A DNA stretch of 58,922 nucleotides from Candidatus Staskawiczbacteria bacterium RIFOXYB1_FULL_38_37 (lineage in GTDB: Bacteria > Patescibacteriota > Minisyncoccia > Minisyncoccales > Staskawiczbacteraceae), in the NCBI GenBank assembly GCA_001822075.1, contig MHPK01000006.1:124977-183898 (forward strand), read 5' to 3'. The number at the start of each line of letters is the position of its first letter. Within the stretch, counting starts at the first letter, position 1. The notes beneath the pieces are model-generated. The model had not been told where the DNA came from. It saw only the letters and a list, made by a program, of their open reading frames with translations, and searched no databases. Positions 38,172-47,655 of this stretch are shown here, piece after piece. Made by a program: the position numbers and the translations under genes.

Positions 38172-38875
38172 CCGTGAAAATTATCTTTTGCGTTTGATAT
38201 TCTCAACTCGCTGCTCCCGGCATCTAAATTTAATTTTGCATCGCCTGTCTGGAAAAACAAATTTATTTGACCTTTTGAAATTACCCTTCTTACGTATTTC
38301 AGTCCGTTGCCACGCGCTTCTGGTGTTCTACCCGAAATAATTTCAGTAAAGGCAACTTGCAAGGCTTCTTTAAAATCTTTTAACTCAGGCTTAACTCTTT
38401 TTAATGTTTCCAATATGCCCAATCCCCTGTCTGCCAGCGCAATCTGATTTTTCTTTAATTCATATCCGAAAAAGATTCCGGGGATGTCTGGCCAATGCGC
38501 TATGTTGTGGTCATAGGAATTATTGCCTATTTCGCCGGCCACTGAAACAATCAAGGAGAAATAATCTTTAAGTTTTGGATCGTTTAACATTTCAGTTTCC
38601 ATTCTTATAAGCCTAGTGTTGAAGACCGAACTGTTTTGGCAGTAATAATTATTCGGAATTTCAGTGCCTTTTATAACCCAGTCATATGCCTGCTGAAACA
38701 TCTCACTGGATAACACTTCAACATCTATTTTTCTATAGTATCGATGGCCTCCGGGAGTTTTCCTTACAGGCGCCAACTTGCCGCTTTCGTCCCAACGTCG
38801 AAGCGTCATTAAGGTTACATTTAAAATCTTGGCGGCTTCGCCTATTGTTATCAAATTGTCGTTTTTCATAGTCAT
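38144..38875 (-). CDS. MerR-type HTH fused to GHKL-ATPase-like domain
   Basis: IGEAAKILNVTLMTLRRWDESG; EIGNNSYDH, ADRGLGI, RGNGL. Confidence 0.8.
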   Translation of the reverse strand: MTMKNDNLITIGEAAKILNVTLMTLRRWDESGKLAPVRKTPGGHRYYRKIDVEVLSSEMFQQAYDWVIKGTEIPNNYYCQNSSVFNTRLIRMETEMLNDPKLKDYFSLIVSVAGEIGNNSYDHNIAHWPDIPGIFFGYELKKNQIALADRGLGILETLKRVKPELKDFKEALQVAFTEIISGRTPEARGNGLKYVRRVISKGQINLFFQTGDAKLNLDAGSSELRISNAKDNFHGCLAFISYL

Positions 38876-38985
38876 TAATTAGAGTATATCATATATATAC
38901 ATTTTTTGCCAGAACCCCTATTTTTAGTCATTAAACCTATACATTTCGCTTATTATACGGTAAGATATTAATATAGATAATTTTT

Positions 38986-40278
38986 ATGACCCAAAATGAA
39001 ACGTTGGAGATTTTAAAGACGGGGCATAATGTGTTTTTGACTGGTCCGGCTGGAAGCGGAAAAACTTTTGTTTTAAATAAATACATAAAATATTTAAAGC
39101 AAAAAGGAACTAAGTTCGGCATTACTGCTTCAACCGGAATTGCCGCAACTCACATTGGCGGAGTTACTATACACTCCTGGTCTGGACTAGGAATTAAAGA
39201 TAAACTTTATGAAAAAGATTTAAAGAAAATTTTAAGAAAAAGTTATGTAAGAAAAAAGTTTAATGGAAATAAAGTTTTGATTATAGACGAAATTTCAATG
39301 CTGAACTCTTTTCAGTTTGATTCTTTAAATAAAATCTGCCAAATGTTTAAAATGAATAAAAAGCCATTTGGCGGAATGCAGATAGTTTGTTCGGGAGATT
39401 TTTTCCAGCTTCCGCCGATAAGAAGAAATGGCGATGAAAAATTTGTCACAGAATCAGAAGTTTGGAACAAAATGAATTTAAGGGTTTGTTATTTGGAAGA
39501 ACAACACAGGCAGCAGAATGATTGTTTGATAGATTTTTTGAATCATATCCGTGGCAATAATCCCGAAAAAGCAGAAGAAATTTTGAACACATTTGATTTT
39601 GACAAAAATAATTTTTCGGTAATTTTAACAAAGCTTTACACCCATAATGCAGACGTTGATGCAATAAATAACCGCGAACTGGAAAAAATAACCGGCGAAC
39701 CCGCAGTCTTTGATATGAGGTGGTCAGGGAATAAAAATGTTGTTAATTTGTTAAAACGCGGATGCCTGGCTCCGGAAAAACTGGCTCTTAAAAAGGGGGC
39801 TAAAGTAATGTTTATTAAAAACAATTTTGACGCAGGATACGTAAATGGAACATTGGGGGAAATTGCATATTTTGACGTAGATGACGGCCTGCCCGTTGTA
39901 TCAACTTATAGCGGCAAAACCATAAAAGCCGGATTTGCGACTTGGACTATTGAGGAAGATGAAAAAATTAAGGCGCAAGTAGACCAAATCCCTTTGCGTT
40001 TGGCTTGGGCAATTACAGTGCATAAAAGCCAAGGGATGAACCTTGATTCAGCAGAAATTGACCTTTCAAAGTGTTTTGAAGAAGGGATGGGATATGTGGC
40101 GTTATCAAGATTACGTTCGTTAAATGGTTTAAAGCTTAACGGGATAAATGGAATGGCGTTTGCCGTAAGTAACGAAGCAGTTGAACTGGATAAAAAATTG
40201 AAACTAATGTCGCAGATTGCGACTGAAGAGTTAAAGAGGCAATCAAAAGCTTCTGAAGAAGTTTCCAAAAAAATATGA
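38986..40278 (+). CDS. PIF1-like helicase
   Basis: TGPAGSGKT, IDEISML, GDFFQLPP, AITVHKSQG, YVALSR. Confidence 0.93.
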   Translation: MTQNETLEILKTGHNVFLTGPAGSGKTFVLNKYIKYLKQKGTKFGITASTGIAATHIGGVTIHSWSGLGIKDKLYEKDLKKILRKSYVRKKFNGNKVLIIDEISMLNSFQFDSLNKICQMFKMNKKPFGGMQIVCSGDFFQLPPIRRNGDEKFVTESEVWNKMNLRVCYLEEQHRQQNDCLIDFLNHIRGNNPEKAEEILNTFDFDKNNFSVILTKLYTHNADVDAINNRELEKITGEPAVFDMRWSGNKNVVNLLKRGCLAPEKLALKKGAKVMFIKNNFDAGYVNGTLGEIAYFDVDDGLPVVSTYSGKTIKAGFATWTIEEDEKIKAQVDQIPLRLAWAITVHKSQGMNLDSAEIDLSKCFEEGMGYVALSRLRSLNGLKLNGINGMAFAVSNEAVELDKKLKLMSQIATEELKRQSKASEEVSKKI

Positions 40279-40601
40279 AAATTGGCATTATTTTGCAATC
40301 TAATAAACCAGAACATATATGGAATGCGTTTCGTTTTTGCATAATATCATTAACCGCAAAACATTATGTTGAGATGTTTTTAATGAACGAAGGATCGGAG
40401 TTAGACGCGATAAAAGACACAGATGAGTTTGATATATCAAAAAAAGTGGCCGAGTTTAAGGAATTGGGCGGTAAAATATACGTCTGCGCCACCTGTCTGA
40501 AAATCAGGGGCAAGAAAGAAAACAAAGTTTGTCCTGTTTCCTCTATGTCTGATTTGTTAAAAATAGTGGAAAATTCAGATAAGGTTTTAGTATTCGGCTA
40601 G
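40275..40601 (+). CDS. DsrE family protein
   Basis: FLMNEGSE; CATCLKIRG; DKVLVF. Confidence 0.88.
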   Translation: MKIGIILQSNKPEHIWNAFRFCIISLTAKHYVEMFLMNEGSELDAIKDTDEFDISKKVAEFKELGGKIYVCATCLKIRGKKENKVCPVSSMSDLLKIVENSDKVLVFG

Positions 40602-40695
40602 TAGTCCGTTGTTGGAAATATCAATAACCGGCATTTTAACTTTTTTCTATGTGTTCTATAATAAATAAAACATTTAAATTATTAAAAATTGTATT

Positions 40696-41694
40696 ATGAA
40701 AATATCATTTTTTGAAACACAAGACTGGGAGGCAAATTATATAAAAAATAAACTAAAAGGGCATGCCCTTAGTTTTTATGACAAGCCGCTATCTTCAGAA
40801 ACAATAAAAAAGGCCGCTGATTGCGATATCTTTTCGGTTTTTATATATTCAAAAATCAACAAAGAAATTATAAGCAAACTCTCTGAAGTAAAACTAATCG
40901 CCACAAGGTCAACGGGCTTTGACCACATAGACATTAAAGAATGCAACAAAAAGAAAATAACGGTTTGCAGTGTTCCTTATTACGGTGAAAACACGGTAGC
41001 CGAGCACACATTTGCTTTAATTCTTTCTCTTTCCAGAAATATCCACAAAGCCTATGTTAGAACTCTAAAACAGGATTATTCTATTGAAGGGCTGAAAGGA
41101 TTTGACCTTAAAGGAAAAACCATTGGCGTTATTGGCGCCGGCCATATTGGTTTGCACGTAATTCGAGCGGCTAAGAGTTTTGGAATGAATGTTTTAGCTT
41201 GCGACGTTAATCAAGATGATTTTCTTAAAGAAGTTTTAGACTTTAAATATGCCCCATTAGAAGAATTGCTAAATAAGTCTGATATCATAACCCTGCATGT
41301 TCCTTATAACGAACGCACCCGCCATTTAATAAATAAAGACACTATTAAACAAATTAAAAAGGGCGCGCTCTTAATAAACACATCAAGGGGAGCAATTATT
41401 GACACAGACGCCTTGATTGAAGCCCTCGACAAAAAAATTCTGTCAGGAGCAGGCCTTGACGTGTTAGAGGGCGAGGAATTGATAAAAGAAGAAAAACAGC
41501 TTTTATCCGACCCTAAAAAAGCGGAGGTTTTTGGCCAGATAATAAAAGACCATATTTTGCTTAACAAAGACAATGTTGTTTTTACTCCGCATATAGCTTT
41601 TTACAGCCAGGAGGCGTTAGAAAGAATTTTGGACACTACCATTGAAAACATAAATTGTTTTGAAAAAGAAAAGCCACAAAACGTTGTGAAATAA
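40696..41694 (+). CDS. D-2-hydroxyacid dehydrogenase (D-lactate dehydrogenase-like)
   Basis: RSTGFDHID, GVIGAGHIG, LINTSRG, GLDVLEGE, TPHIAF. Confidence 0.93.
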   Translation: MKISFFETQDWEANYIKNKLKGHALSFYDKPLSSETIKKAADCDIFSVFIYSKINKEIISKLSEVKLIATRSTGFDHIDIKECNKKKITVCSVPYYGENTVAEHTFALILSLSRNIHKAYVRTLKQDYSIEGLKGFDLKGKTIGVIGAGHIGLHVIRAAKSFGMNVLACDVNQDDFLKEVLDFKYAPLEELLNKSDIITLHVPYNERTRHLINKDTIKQIKKGALLINTSRGAIIDTDALIEALDKKILSGAGLDVLEGEELIKEEKQLLSDPKKAEVFGQIIKDHILLNKDNVVFTPHIAFYSQEALERILDTTIENINCFEKEKPQNVVK

Positions 41695-41804
41695 AATTTA
41701 GATATAAAGCTTTCACCAAGAAAGATTTGATAGCTGGAAATTGGCCGAAATAAAGCACAAAAAACCAGCAATATAACTGGCTTTTTTATTTACAAATTAT
41801 GTAG

Positions 41805-42077
41805 GCTTATCCAATTGCCTTTAACTGGGCTGTTCAACACCCTTTACGGGGAAATGATGGGAAAACTGGTTATCGGTATACCGAATGGGGACTACCTTCC
41901 AGCTCGTGGCTGGAGGCGTTCCGAGATTTCGGAGAAGCTTCTGTTTTATATCCGATAGCTGGTCAAAAACCGCCTGTTCTTGAAGAAGTTCAGGAAATAG
42001 CGGACTTTTGCAGCGAGTTGATAGAGAACGACAAAGATGCTACAATCAACCAAAAGAAAGGAAACGGTGTATTATGA
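41805..42077 (+). pseudogene. 5'-truncated gene remnant
   Basis: 90-codon start-less open frame whose TGA overlaps the next ATG (ATGA). Confidence 0.5.
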
Positions 42078-42742
42078 TTACAATTTCTATCGACCAACAA
42101 CTTAAGGAGACCGCCCCGAATTTGGTTTTGGGGGTTGTTTCTGCTCCGGTGGAGGTGACGAAAAATTCACCGCCCCTTTGGGTGGAAATCAACAAGCGCA
42201 TCAAAGAGATCGAATCGGAAATCACGATGGCGTCTCTTTACAATGTTCCGCAAATCAAGGCCCTGAGGGATGCCTACAAGGCTCTCGGAAAGGATCCTGG
42301 TCGTTATAGAGGATCTCAGGAAGCTCTTGTGCGAAGGATATTGCAAGGGAAAGGATTGTATAAAATCAACACCATTGTTGACATCAACAATCTTGTTTCT
42401 CTTGAAACCCTGCATTCGGTCGGCGCCTATAATGTCGACAATATCAAGTCTCCAATGATTTTTCGGGTTGGAAAACCGGGAGAATCCTACAAAGGAATTG
42501 GCAAAGAAGTGATTAATATCGCCGAACTGCCTCTCTTTGCGGACGATGCGGGACCATTCGGAAGTCCGACAAGCGACTCTGAAAGAGCAATGATTACCAT
42601 GGATGCTAAAAACATCATGATTGTAATCATCTCCTTCACTGGTCAAGATCATTTGAGGGGACAGCTTCAACGTACTGCAAATCTTTTGTGCGATTACGCA
42701 GGAGCTCCAAGAGACAAAATTGAAACCGCGATTGTCGAATAG
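42074..42742 (+). CDS. stand-alone B3/B4 (PheRS beta-like editing) domain protein
   Basis: YKALGKDPGRYRGSQEALVRRI, INTIVDINN, GPFGSPTSDSER; start set at ATG 42074. Confidence 0.9.
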   Translation: MITISIDQQLKETAPNLVLGVVSAPVEVTKNSPPLWVEINKRIKEIESEITMASLYNVPQIKALRDAYKALGKDPGRYRGSQEALVRRILQGKGLYKINTIVDINNLVSLETLHSVGAYNVDNIKSPMIFRVGKPGESYKGIGKEVINIAELPLFADDAGPFGSPTSDSERAMITMDAKNIMIVIISFTGQDHLRGQLQRTANLLCDYAGAPRDKIETAIVE

Positions 42743-42751
42743 GAGGTCACC

Positions 42752-43468
42752 GTGACAAAGAAAAAAGATTTTTACGGAAACGGACAGGGGGATCGTTTAA
42801 TCGACCCCCTTTTTTATCCCAAGGGTATCAATCTTTTTTTGGAGGACGAGGAAAAACTTCTGAAATTGCTTGCGCCGTTCTTCGATCTGTTAATTGAGGT
42901 TGGGTGTATGCATGGTCGATATCTTTGTTGGGCCATAAGAAGAAAAAAGTCTTACATTGGCATCGACGTCGTTGAGCGGTACATCTCTGAAGGAGAGCAG
43001 AGGCTTGGTGAATTAAAAACGCCAAGTGACCAATGTCGTTTCATTTTAGGGAGCGCAGAAGATATTGCTGCTATAATACATCCGAATGATTTGGGTGTGG
43101 ATGTCAGGCGGTGTTTAGCCTTCTTTCCGTTCAATAGCTTCGGCAATATGCCAAATCCAAAATCGGTGGTAAAAAGCTTAGCACAGAGCGGATTGCCATT
43201 TTGCATAAGCTCCTATAGAATCTCACAGAAGGCAACGGAATGCCGGAAAAGGTATTATAGGAATTGTGGCTACGTTGGAATCAGAACTTCAAGAAGCCGA
43301 AGTGGAGTTCGATTTTCGTCTCCGGACGGATTGAGCACAATCGCATACGGCCCTACTTTTCTGAGAGAAATGTTTGCCACAAATAATATTGATGCAAGAT
43401 CAATGCCATTTTCGCAAGTTGGCATGGCGCATCTTTCGTCGAAATTATTCATGGCGGCTAACAAGTAA
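42752..43468 (+). CDS. class I SAM-dependent methyltransferase-like protein
   Basis: Motif I LIEVGCMHG, YIGIDVV, FNSFGNM; GTG start after AGGAGG. Confidence 0.65.
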   Translation: MTKKKDFYGNGQGDRLIDPLFYPKGINLFLEDEEKLLKLLAPFFDLLIEVGCMHGRYLCWAIRRKKSYIGIDVVERYISEGEQRLGELKTPSDQCRFILGSAEDIAAIIHPNDLGVDVRRCLAFFPFNSFGNMPNPKSVVKSLAQSGLPFCISSYRISQKATECRKRYYRNCGYVGIRTSRSRSGVRFSSPDGLSTIAYGPTFLREMFATNNIDARSMPFSQVGMAHLSSKLFMAANK

Positions 43469-43540
43469 ACGAACAGACGGGAGGCATACTAAAAATGTGT
43501 CTCCCTTTTTTATTCTAAAAAAATGGTATATATTTAGAAT

Positions 43541-44101
43541 ATGAATATTGAAGTAGAAATAAAAATTGAGATAAATAATTTTGAGAATATTAAAGCAAAG
43601 GTGGCAGCTATCGGGAAACTAGTAAAATCAATAAGACAAATTGATGATTATTTTATCCCCAGTCACAGGGATTTTTTTGCTCAAAAACCATGTCCGACAG
43701 AATGGCTACGCATAAGAACCAATCCTGATAAAGTAATTTTCGAATATGATAAGGCTGTAAATATGACAGTGAATGGCGATTACGATTATGCAGAGGAATA
43801 TGAAACAGCAATTTCTGAAGCAGATGAACTCAGAAAAATATTGAACTTTTTGGATTTCAAAAAAGTGGTGACAATTGATAAACAAAGGGAATATTGGGAT
43901 TGTGGAGACGTAGAAGTCGCACTAGATAAAATTGAAGGATTAGGTACTTTTATTGAGGCAGAAGCAAAAGGAGATTTTAAGGACGCCACACAAGCTAAGC
44001 ATGCCTGCCTTAAATTTTTAAAAGAATTAGGAATTGAAAACGCCGAAAACAGAGAAATTAAAAAAGGTTATCCCGTTTTGTTTTTAGAAAAAAATAATTA
44101 A
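43541..44101 (+). CDS. cyaB: CYTH-domain protein (class IV adenylate cyclase-like)
   Basis: IEVEIK, QIDDYF, LRIR, EEYET, K.RE.W, LGTFIEAE. Confidence 0.85.
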   Translation: MNIEVEIKIEINNFENIKAKVAAIGKLVKSIRQIDDYFIPSHRDFFAQKPCPTEWLRIRTNPDKVIFEYDKAVNMTVNGDYDYAEEYETAISEADELRKILNFLDFKKVVTIDKQREYWDCGDVEVALDKIEGLGTFIEAEAKGDFKDATQAKHACLKFLKELGIENAENREIKKGYPVLFLEKNN

Positions 44102-44151
44102 ATCGGAATTTTCCTTACAGCATATCCACGGCTGCGTCCAGTTCATTTGTT

Positions 44152-45939
44152 TTATCTTAAACTATAAAGCCCCCTGGCTATTATATAGAGCACTGAACCT
44201 AAAAATGTTCGAGGATTTAAAAACGAGCTTATGGGAGGCGGAGGAGGCGGTGGCGGAGGTTCGCTCGGAGCTGTCTGCTCTGTCGAAGGAGCTGAAGGAA
44301 CTTGCTCTCCTGGTATAAGACTGCCTCTTGAACCCGGCTCGCCCGATGGCGGCGGCGGAGGAGAAATATTTTCTCTAGATGGCGCGATTCCCGGCGCCAT
44401 TCCCTCTTGCAAAAGCATATTATTGGGTCCGGTTCCCGGCGCAAATTGTTGCTGTTGTTGCATGTTGGTTGAATCGCCAGGTGATGGCGGAGCCATTTGA
44501 GAACAATTATCTCCCACGCATTGCGTTGGCATTTCGCCTGGTTGCATAGGTTGATATTGGATATTTTGGCAATTATCCCCTTGGCACGGAGGTAGCCCCT
44601 GTTGCTGGCCATTGGGACCAGGATATTGCTGGCAATTTTGGGGATTAGATTCGCAATATGATTTGCATTCTTCAGGAGTTTTGCAACCGCCCGGACCTGT
44701 CTGCCCTGCAGGAGGTATCATACCGCTCTCTCCCGGTCTCCCTTCTTGTGGAGGACCAATTTTTTGAAAACACTCGCGCATTTTTTCGCCCATTTCTCTT
44801 GGGGGCATAAATCCGCTTTTCATTTTTTCAACCATATCTGCGCCAACTGCTGAATTAAGACACTCTTCTGCTTCGACCGGCATTTGTTCAAAAGACTGTT
44901 TAATTTGTTGCTGGCCTGCCTCCATTTTTTTTAAATCCTCTTCTGGTATCATTCCATTGTCTTTTGCAAAGTTAAAACAAGTTTGTTGATTGTCAGGGTT
45001 GTTACAAAATGTTTCGCATTCTTCTTTGCCTTTGCAATCGCCGGGGCCTTTTCCGCCTGTTTTACGAGCCATTTTTGCGTCTTCTTCTGTCATAAAACCA
45101 GCGGCCACGGCAAAATTCATACATTCCTTAAGGTGCTCTTCCTGTCCGCAATAAGCATCGCATTCTTCTCTTCCTTTGCAAGGAGGCGGTTTTACTCCTT
45201 TTTTAAGCGCTTGCAGCATTTTTTGCGAATCGGCTTTTTCTTGCTCTGACATAAACCCGGCTTCCATAGCAAAAGTCATACACACTTCCATATTGTCGGG
45301 ACTTGAGCAATATTCATCGCAGGCCTCTCTGCCTTTGCAGGGAGGAGGTTTTACGCCCCGCCTTACTGCCTGCAACATTTTTTGGACATCTTCTAATTCT
45401 TTGCCATGGATAAAACCTGCTTCAATGCCGAAAGCAATACATTCTTCCATATGCTCCGGTTCTTCGCAGTAAATATCGCATTGCTTTTTATTTCCGCAAG
45501 GAGGCGGTTTGGCGCCTCTTTTAATCGCGGCTTGGACTTTTTTGGCTTCTTCTAATTCTTCAGGCGGTATTAAATTATTATTTTCCGCAAAAGAAATACA
45601 CTCATCAATATGGTTTATATCATTGCAGTATGCTTCGCAGGAATCTTTTGCGGTACAGCCGCCGGGACCCTCAATTTCGTTTGACAGGAATTTTTTAGCA
45701 ACTTTAATTTCTTGTTCAGTCATAAGGTTATTTTTTTGCGCAAAATCCAAACAGCCGTCGCTATTTTTCGGTTTGTCGCAATATGATTTGCAATCCGCTT
45801 TATTTTCGCAATTGCCCAATTCTTCAACAGGGTATTGTATAGCCGACATTTGGTTAGATTCTTGGGCAATAATTTTGTCCACAAAGACAGCCAAGCCAAT
45901 TAACAAAAAAATTGTGATAATAAAATATTTTGTTTTCAT
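44152..45939 (-). CDS. secreted Cys-rich repeat protein with Pro/Gln-rich tail
   Basis: Seven or more C..K..C..YC..P.H...C repeats; signal peptide from ATG 45939. Confidence 0.75.
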   Translation of the reverse strand: MKTKYFIITIFLLIGLAVFVDKIIAQESNQMSAIQYPVEELGNCENKADCKSYCDKPKNSDGCLDFAQKNNLMTEQEIKVAKKFLSNEIEGPGGCTAKDSCEAYCNDINHIDECISFAENNNLIPPEELEEAKKVQAAIKRGAKPPPCGNKKQCDIYCEEPEHMEECIAFGIEAGFIHGKELEDVQKMLQAVRRGVKPPPCKGREACDEYCSSPDNMEVCMTFAMEAGFMSEQEKADSQKMLQALKKGVKPPPCKGREECDAYCGQEEHLKECMNFAVAAGFMTEEDAKMARKTGGKGPGDCKGKEECETFCNNPDNQQTCFNFAKDNGMIPEEDLKKMEAGQQQIKQSFEQMPVEAEECLNSAVGADMVEKMKSGFMPPREMGEKMRECFQKIGPPQEGRPGESGMIPPAGQTGPGGCKTPEECKSYCESNPQNCQQYPGPNGQQQGLPPCQGDNCQNIQYQPMQPGEMPTQCVGDNCSQMAPPSPGDSTNMQQQQQFAPGTGPNNMLLQEGMAPGIAPSRENISPPPPPSGEPGSRGSLIPGEQVPSAPSTEQTAPSEPPPPPPPPPISSFLNPRTFLGSVLYIIARGLYSLR

Positions 45940-45940
45940 A

Positions 45941-46201
45941 TTATTCAAAAGGATTAATTTTAATATCTTTGATGGGATTGGCCGCCTCGGCCGGGTTAAT
46001 GTCCGGTTTGTTTTCAAGGGGGTTTGTCCCCAGAGACGGCAAAACGCCCTTTGTCGCGCTATTAGTTATATCTTCTGCACTGCCGAAATCATTGGTTTTA
46101 ATTTTTTTATAATTAATCCAATAAAAATAGCCGCCCAAAATCAAAACAATCAGCAACACAGCTGAAACTGCTGATATTATTATAATCATTTTTTTATCCA
46201 T
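45941..46201 (-). CDS. small membrane-anchored hypothetical protein
   Basis: N-terminal TM; ends NPFE. Confidence 0.65.
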   Translation of the reverse strand: MDKKMIIIISAVSAVLLIVLILGGYFYWINYKKIKTNDFGSAEDITNSATKGVLPSLGTNPLENKPDINPAEAANPIKDIKINPFE

Positions 46202-46384
46202 AATTTGTTGTTTTAAAAATATTTTATGATTGCTCTATTGTAATAAATTTGAGGAAAGTTTTATATAGCGCGCGTGTGAATAACTCAAATATCAGAAACG
46301 TTTACAAAGCTTGTATTTATACAGAATAGTGTTATAATGATTAAGTAAGTTTCTATTAGATTTCTTTCTTAGGTTTTTACTGAA

Positions 46385-46435
46385 AATAAAAGTAAGCCGT
46401 GAGAGGAGAACTAGAGAGGTCGGCTTACTTTTATT
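46385..46435 (+). promoter_or_regulatory. 15-bp stem hairpin in the 5' UTR of the RRM gene
   Basis: AATAAAAGTAAGCCG/CGGCTTACTTTTATT with purine-rich loop. Confidence 0.65.
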
Positions 46436-46454
46436 AACTAAAATAAAAAAAATT

Positions 46455-46736
46455 ATGGCAAAAAAATTATATGTAGGCGGTCTGTCTTATGACACCACCG
46501 AAGCTACTTTGAAAGAGACATTTGCAGAAGCTGGAACAGTTGAATCGGCTACAATCATCATAGACAAGATGACCAACCGTTCAAAAGGTTTTGGATTTGT
46601 GGAAATGTCAACCGACGAAGAAGCCCAAAAAGCCATTGAAATGTTTGATGGCAAAGAACTTGATGGAAGAACTGTCAAAGTAAATGAAGCAAAACCAATG
46701 GAGCCAAGAGGCAACGGCGGCGGCAAACGTTGGTAA
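46455..46736 (+). CDS. RRM RNA-binding protein
   Basis: RNP2 LYVGGL; RNP1 KGFGFVEM. Confidence 0.97.
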   Translation: MAKKLYVGGLSYDTTEATLKETFAEAGTVESATIIIDKMTNRSKGFGFVEMSTDEEAQKAIEMFDGKELDGRTVKVNEAKPMEPRGNGGGKRW

Positions 46737-46816
46737 ACAAAATTGCTTATAAAAACAAAGGCGCGCAACCGCCTTTGTTTTTTTGCATAACTATACAATT
46801 TATGGTATGCTTAATT

Positions 46817-47077
46817 ATGATATTTATTAGCAAAGAACAATTTTTAGAAGAGCACAATAAGTTGTCGCCTCTTAATCTAAAAGCTACGCCAGCTTTGCTT
46901 AATCGTTTTAAAGAGGAAAAAAAGCCGCTTATAAAAGATAATGAATGGTGTTTAGACAAATTTAGAATCCCGTTTATTTTGTGGCTTACAGCAGCCAAAA
47001 AAGAACCTGAAAAAAAGATTTCTAAATCTAAAAAAGACGACGTATATAAAAATTATCCCGAAACCCACTACGATTAA
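46817..47077 (+). CDS. hypothetical protein
   Basis: Start set at MIFISKEQF, downstream of the RRM terminator near 46753-46783. Confidence 0.6.
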   Translation: MIFISKEQFLEEHNKLSPLNLKATPALLNRFKEEKKPLIKDNEWCLDKFRIPFILWLTAAKKEPEKKISKSKKDDVYKNYPETHYD

Positions 47078-47091
47078 AAATTATAGATAGA

Positions 47092-47133
47092 TAAATTAAA
47101 AACCAAAGATAATTATCTTTGGTTTTTAATTTA
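47092..47133. terminator. 42-bp perfect palindrome between convergent genes (bidirectional terminator-like)
   Basis: TAAATTAAAAACCAAAGATAA/TTATCTTTGGTTTTTAATTTA. Confidence 0.7.
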
Positions 47134-47155
47134 AAATTTCCTCTGGCAAATAGCC

Positions 47156-47359
47156 CTATTTCTTTTCCATTTTCATTGATACTACAGCCACATATATGGC
47201 TGACAACCCCACCAAGATATATACTACGCGGGATAATACAGACGATGCGCCAAAAAGAGTGGCGACAAGGTCAAAATTTGCAAGACCCACCAAGCCCCAG
47301 TTTAACCCGCCAACAATGACGAGAACCATGGCTATCCAGTCTATAACATTTAGTTTCAT
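47156..47359 (-). CDS. DUF378 family membrane protein
   Basis: LVIVGGLNWGLVG...DLVA.LFG...YILVG. Confidence 0.93.
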   Translation of the reverse strand: MKLNVIDWIAMVLVIVGGLNWGLVGLANFDLVATLFGASSVLSRVVYILVGLSAIYVAVVSMKMEKK

Positions 47360-47605
47360 ATTCTTTTTGTTTTAAAACTTAGCTTTTGCCTGATTCTAAA
47401 ACAATAATATTACTAAAATTTTCGACCTTTAGTCAAGTTGTTGTTTAGTTTTCTTTATTATAACACAAAAAAGCTTGTCAATACTGGGGATTATTTTTGA
47501 AAGAAGAAACAGCTTTTTTGATGGTTATAACACCCGGAATTGCTATGGCTGTGATAACTGTTGTTTATTCATATTTTGCTTATAGAAAATTAAATAAATA
47601 ATTTA

Positions 47606-47651
47606 CAAACTAAAAACGCCCTGAGCAAAGTCGAAGGACGTTTTTAGTTTG
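47606..47651 (-). terminator. 13-bp stem hairpin whose loop is a family E element
   Basis: CAAACTAAAAACG-[CCCTGAGCAAAGTCGAAGGA]-CGTTTTTAGTTTG. Confidence 0.7.
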
Positions 47652-47655
47652 CGTG

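Larger units (their letters stand above)
37746..44144. mobile_element. putative genomic island bounded by 27-bp direct repeats
   Basis: CAGCATATCCACGGCTGCGTYCAGTTC at 37746-37772 and 44118-44144 (1 mismatch); most internal genes are on the plus strand, opposite to the surroundings; no integrase inside. Confidence 0.6.

Noticed and set aside
44152-45939. Multiheme cytochrome interpretation of the Cys-rich protein
   Set aside because: No CxxCH motifs
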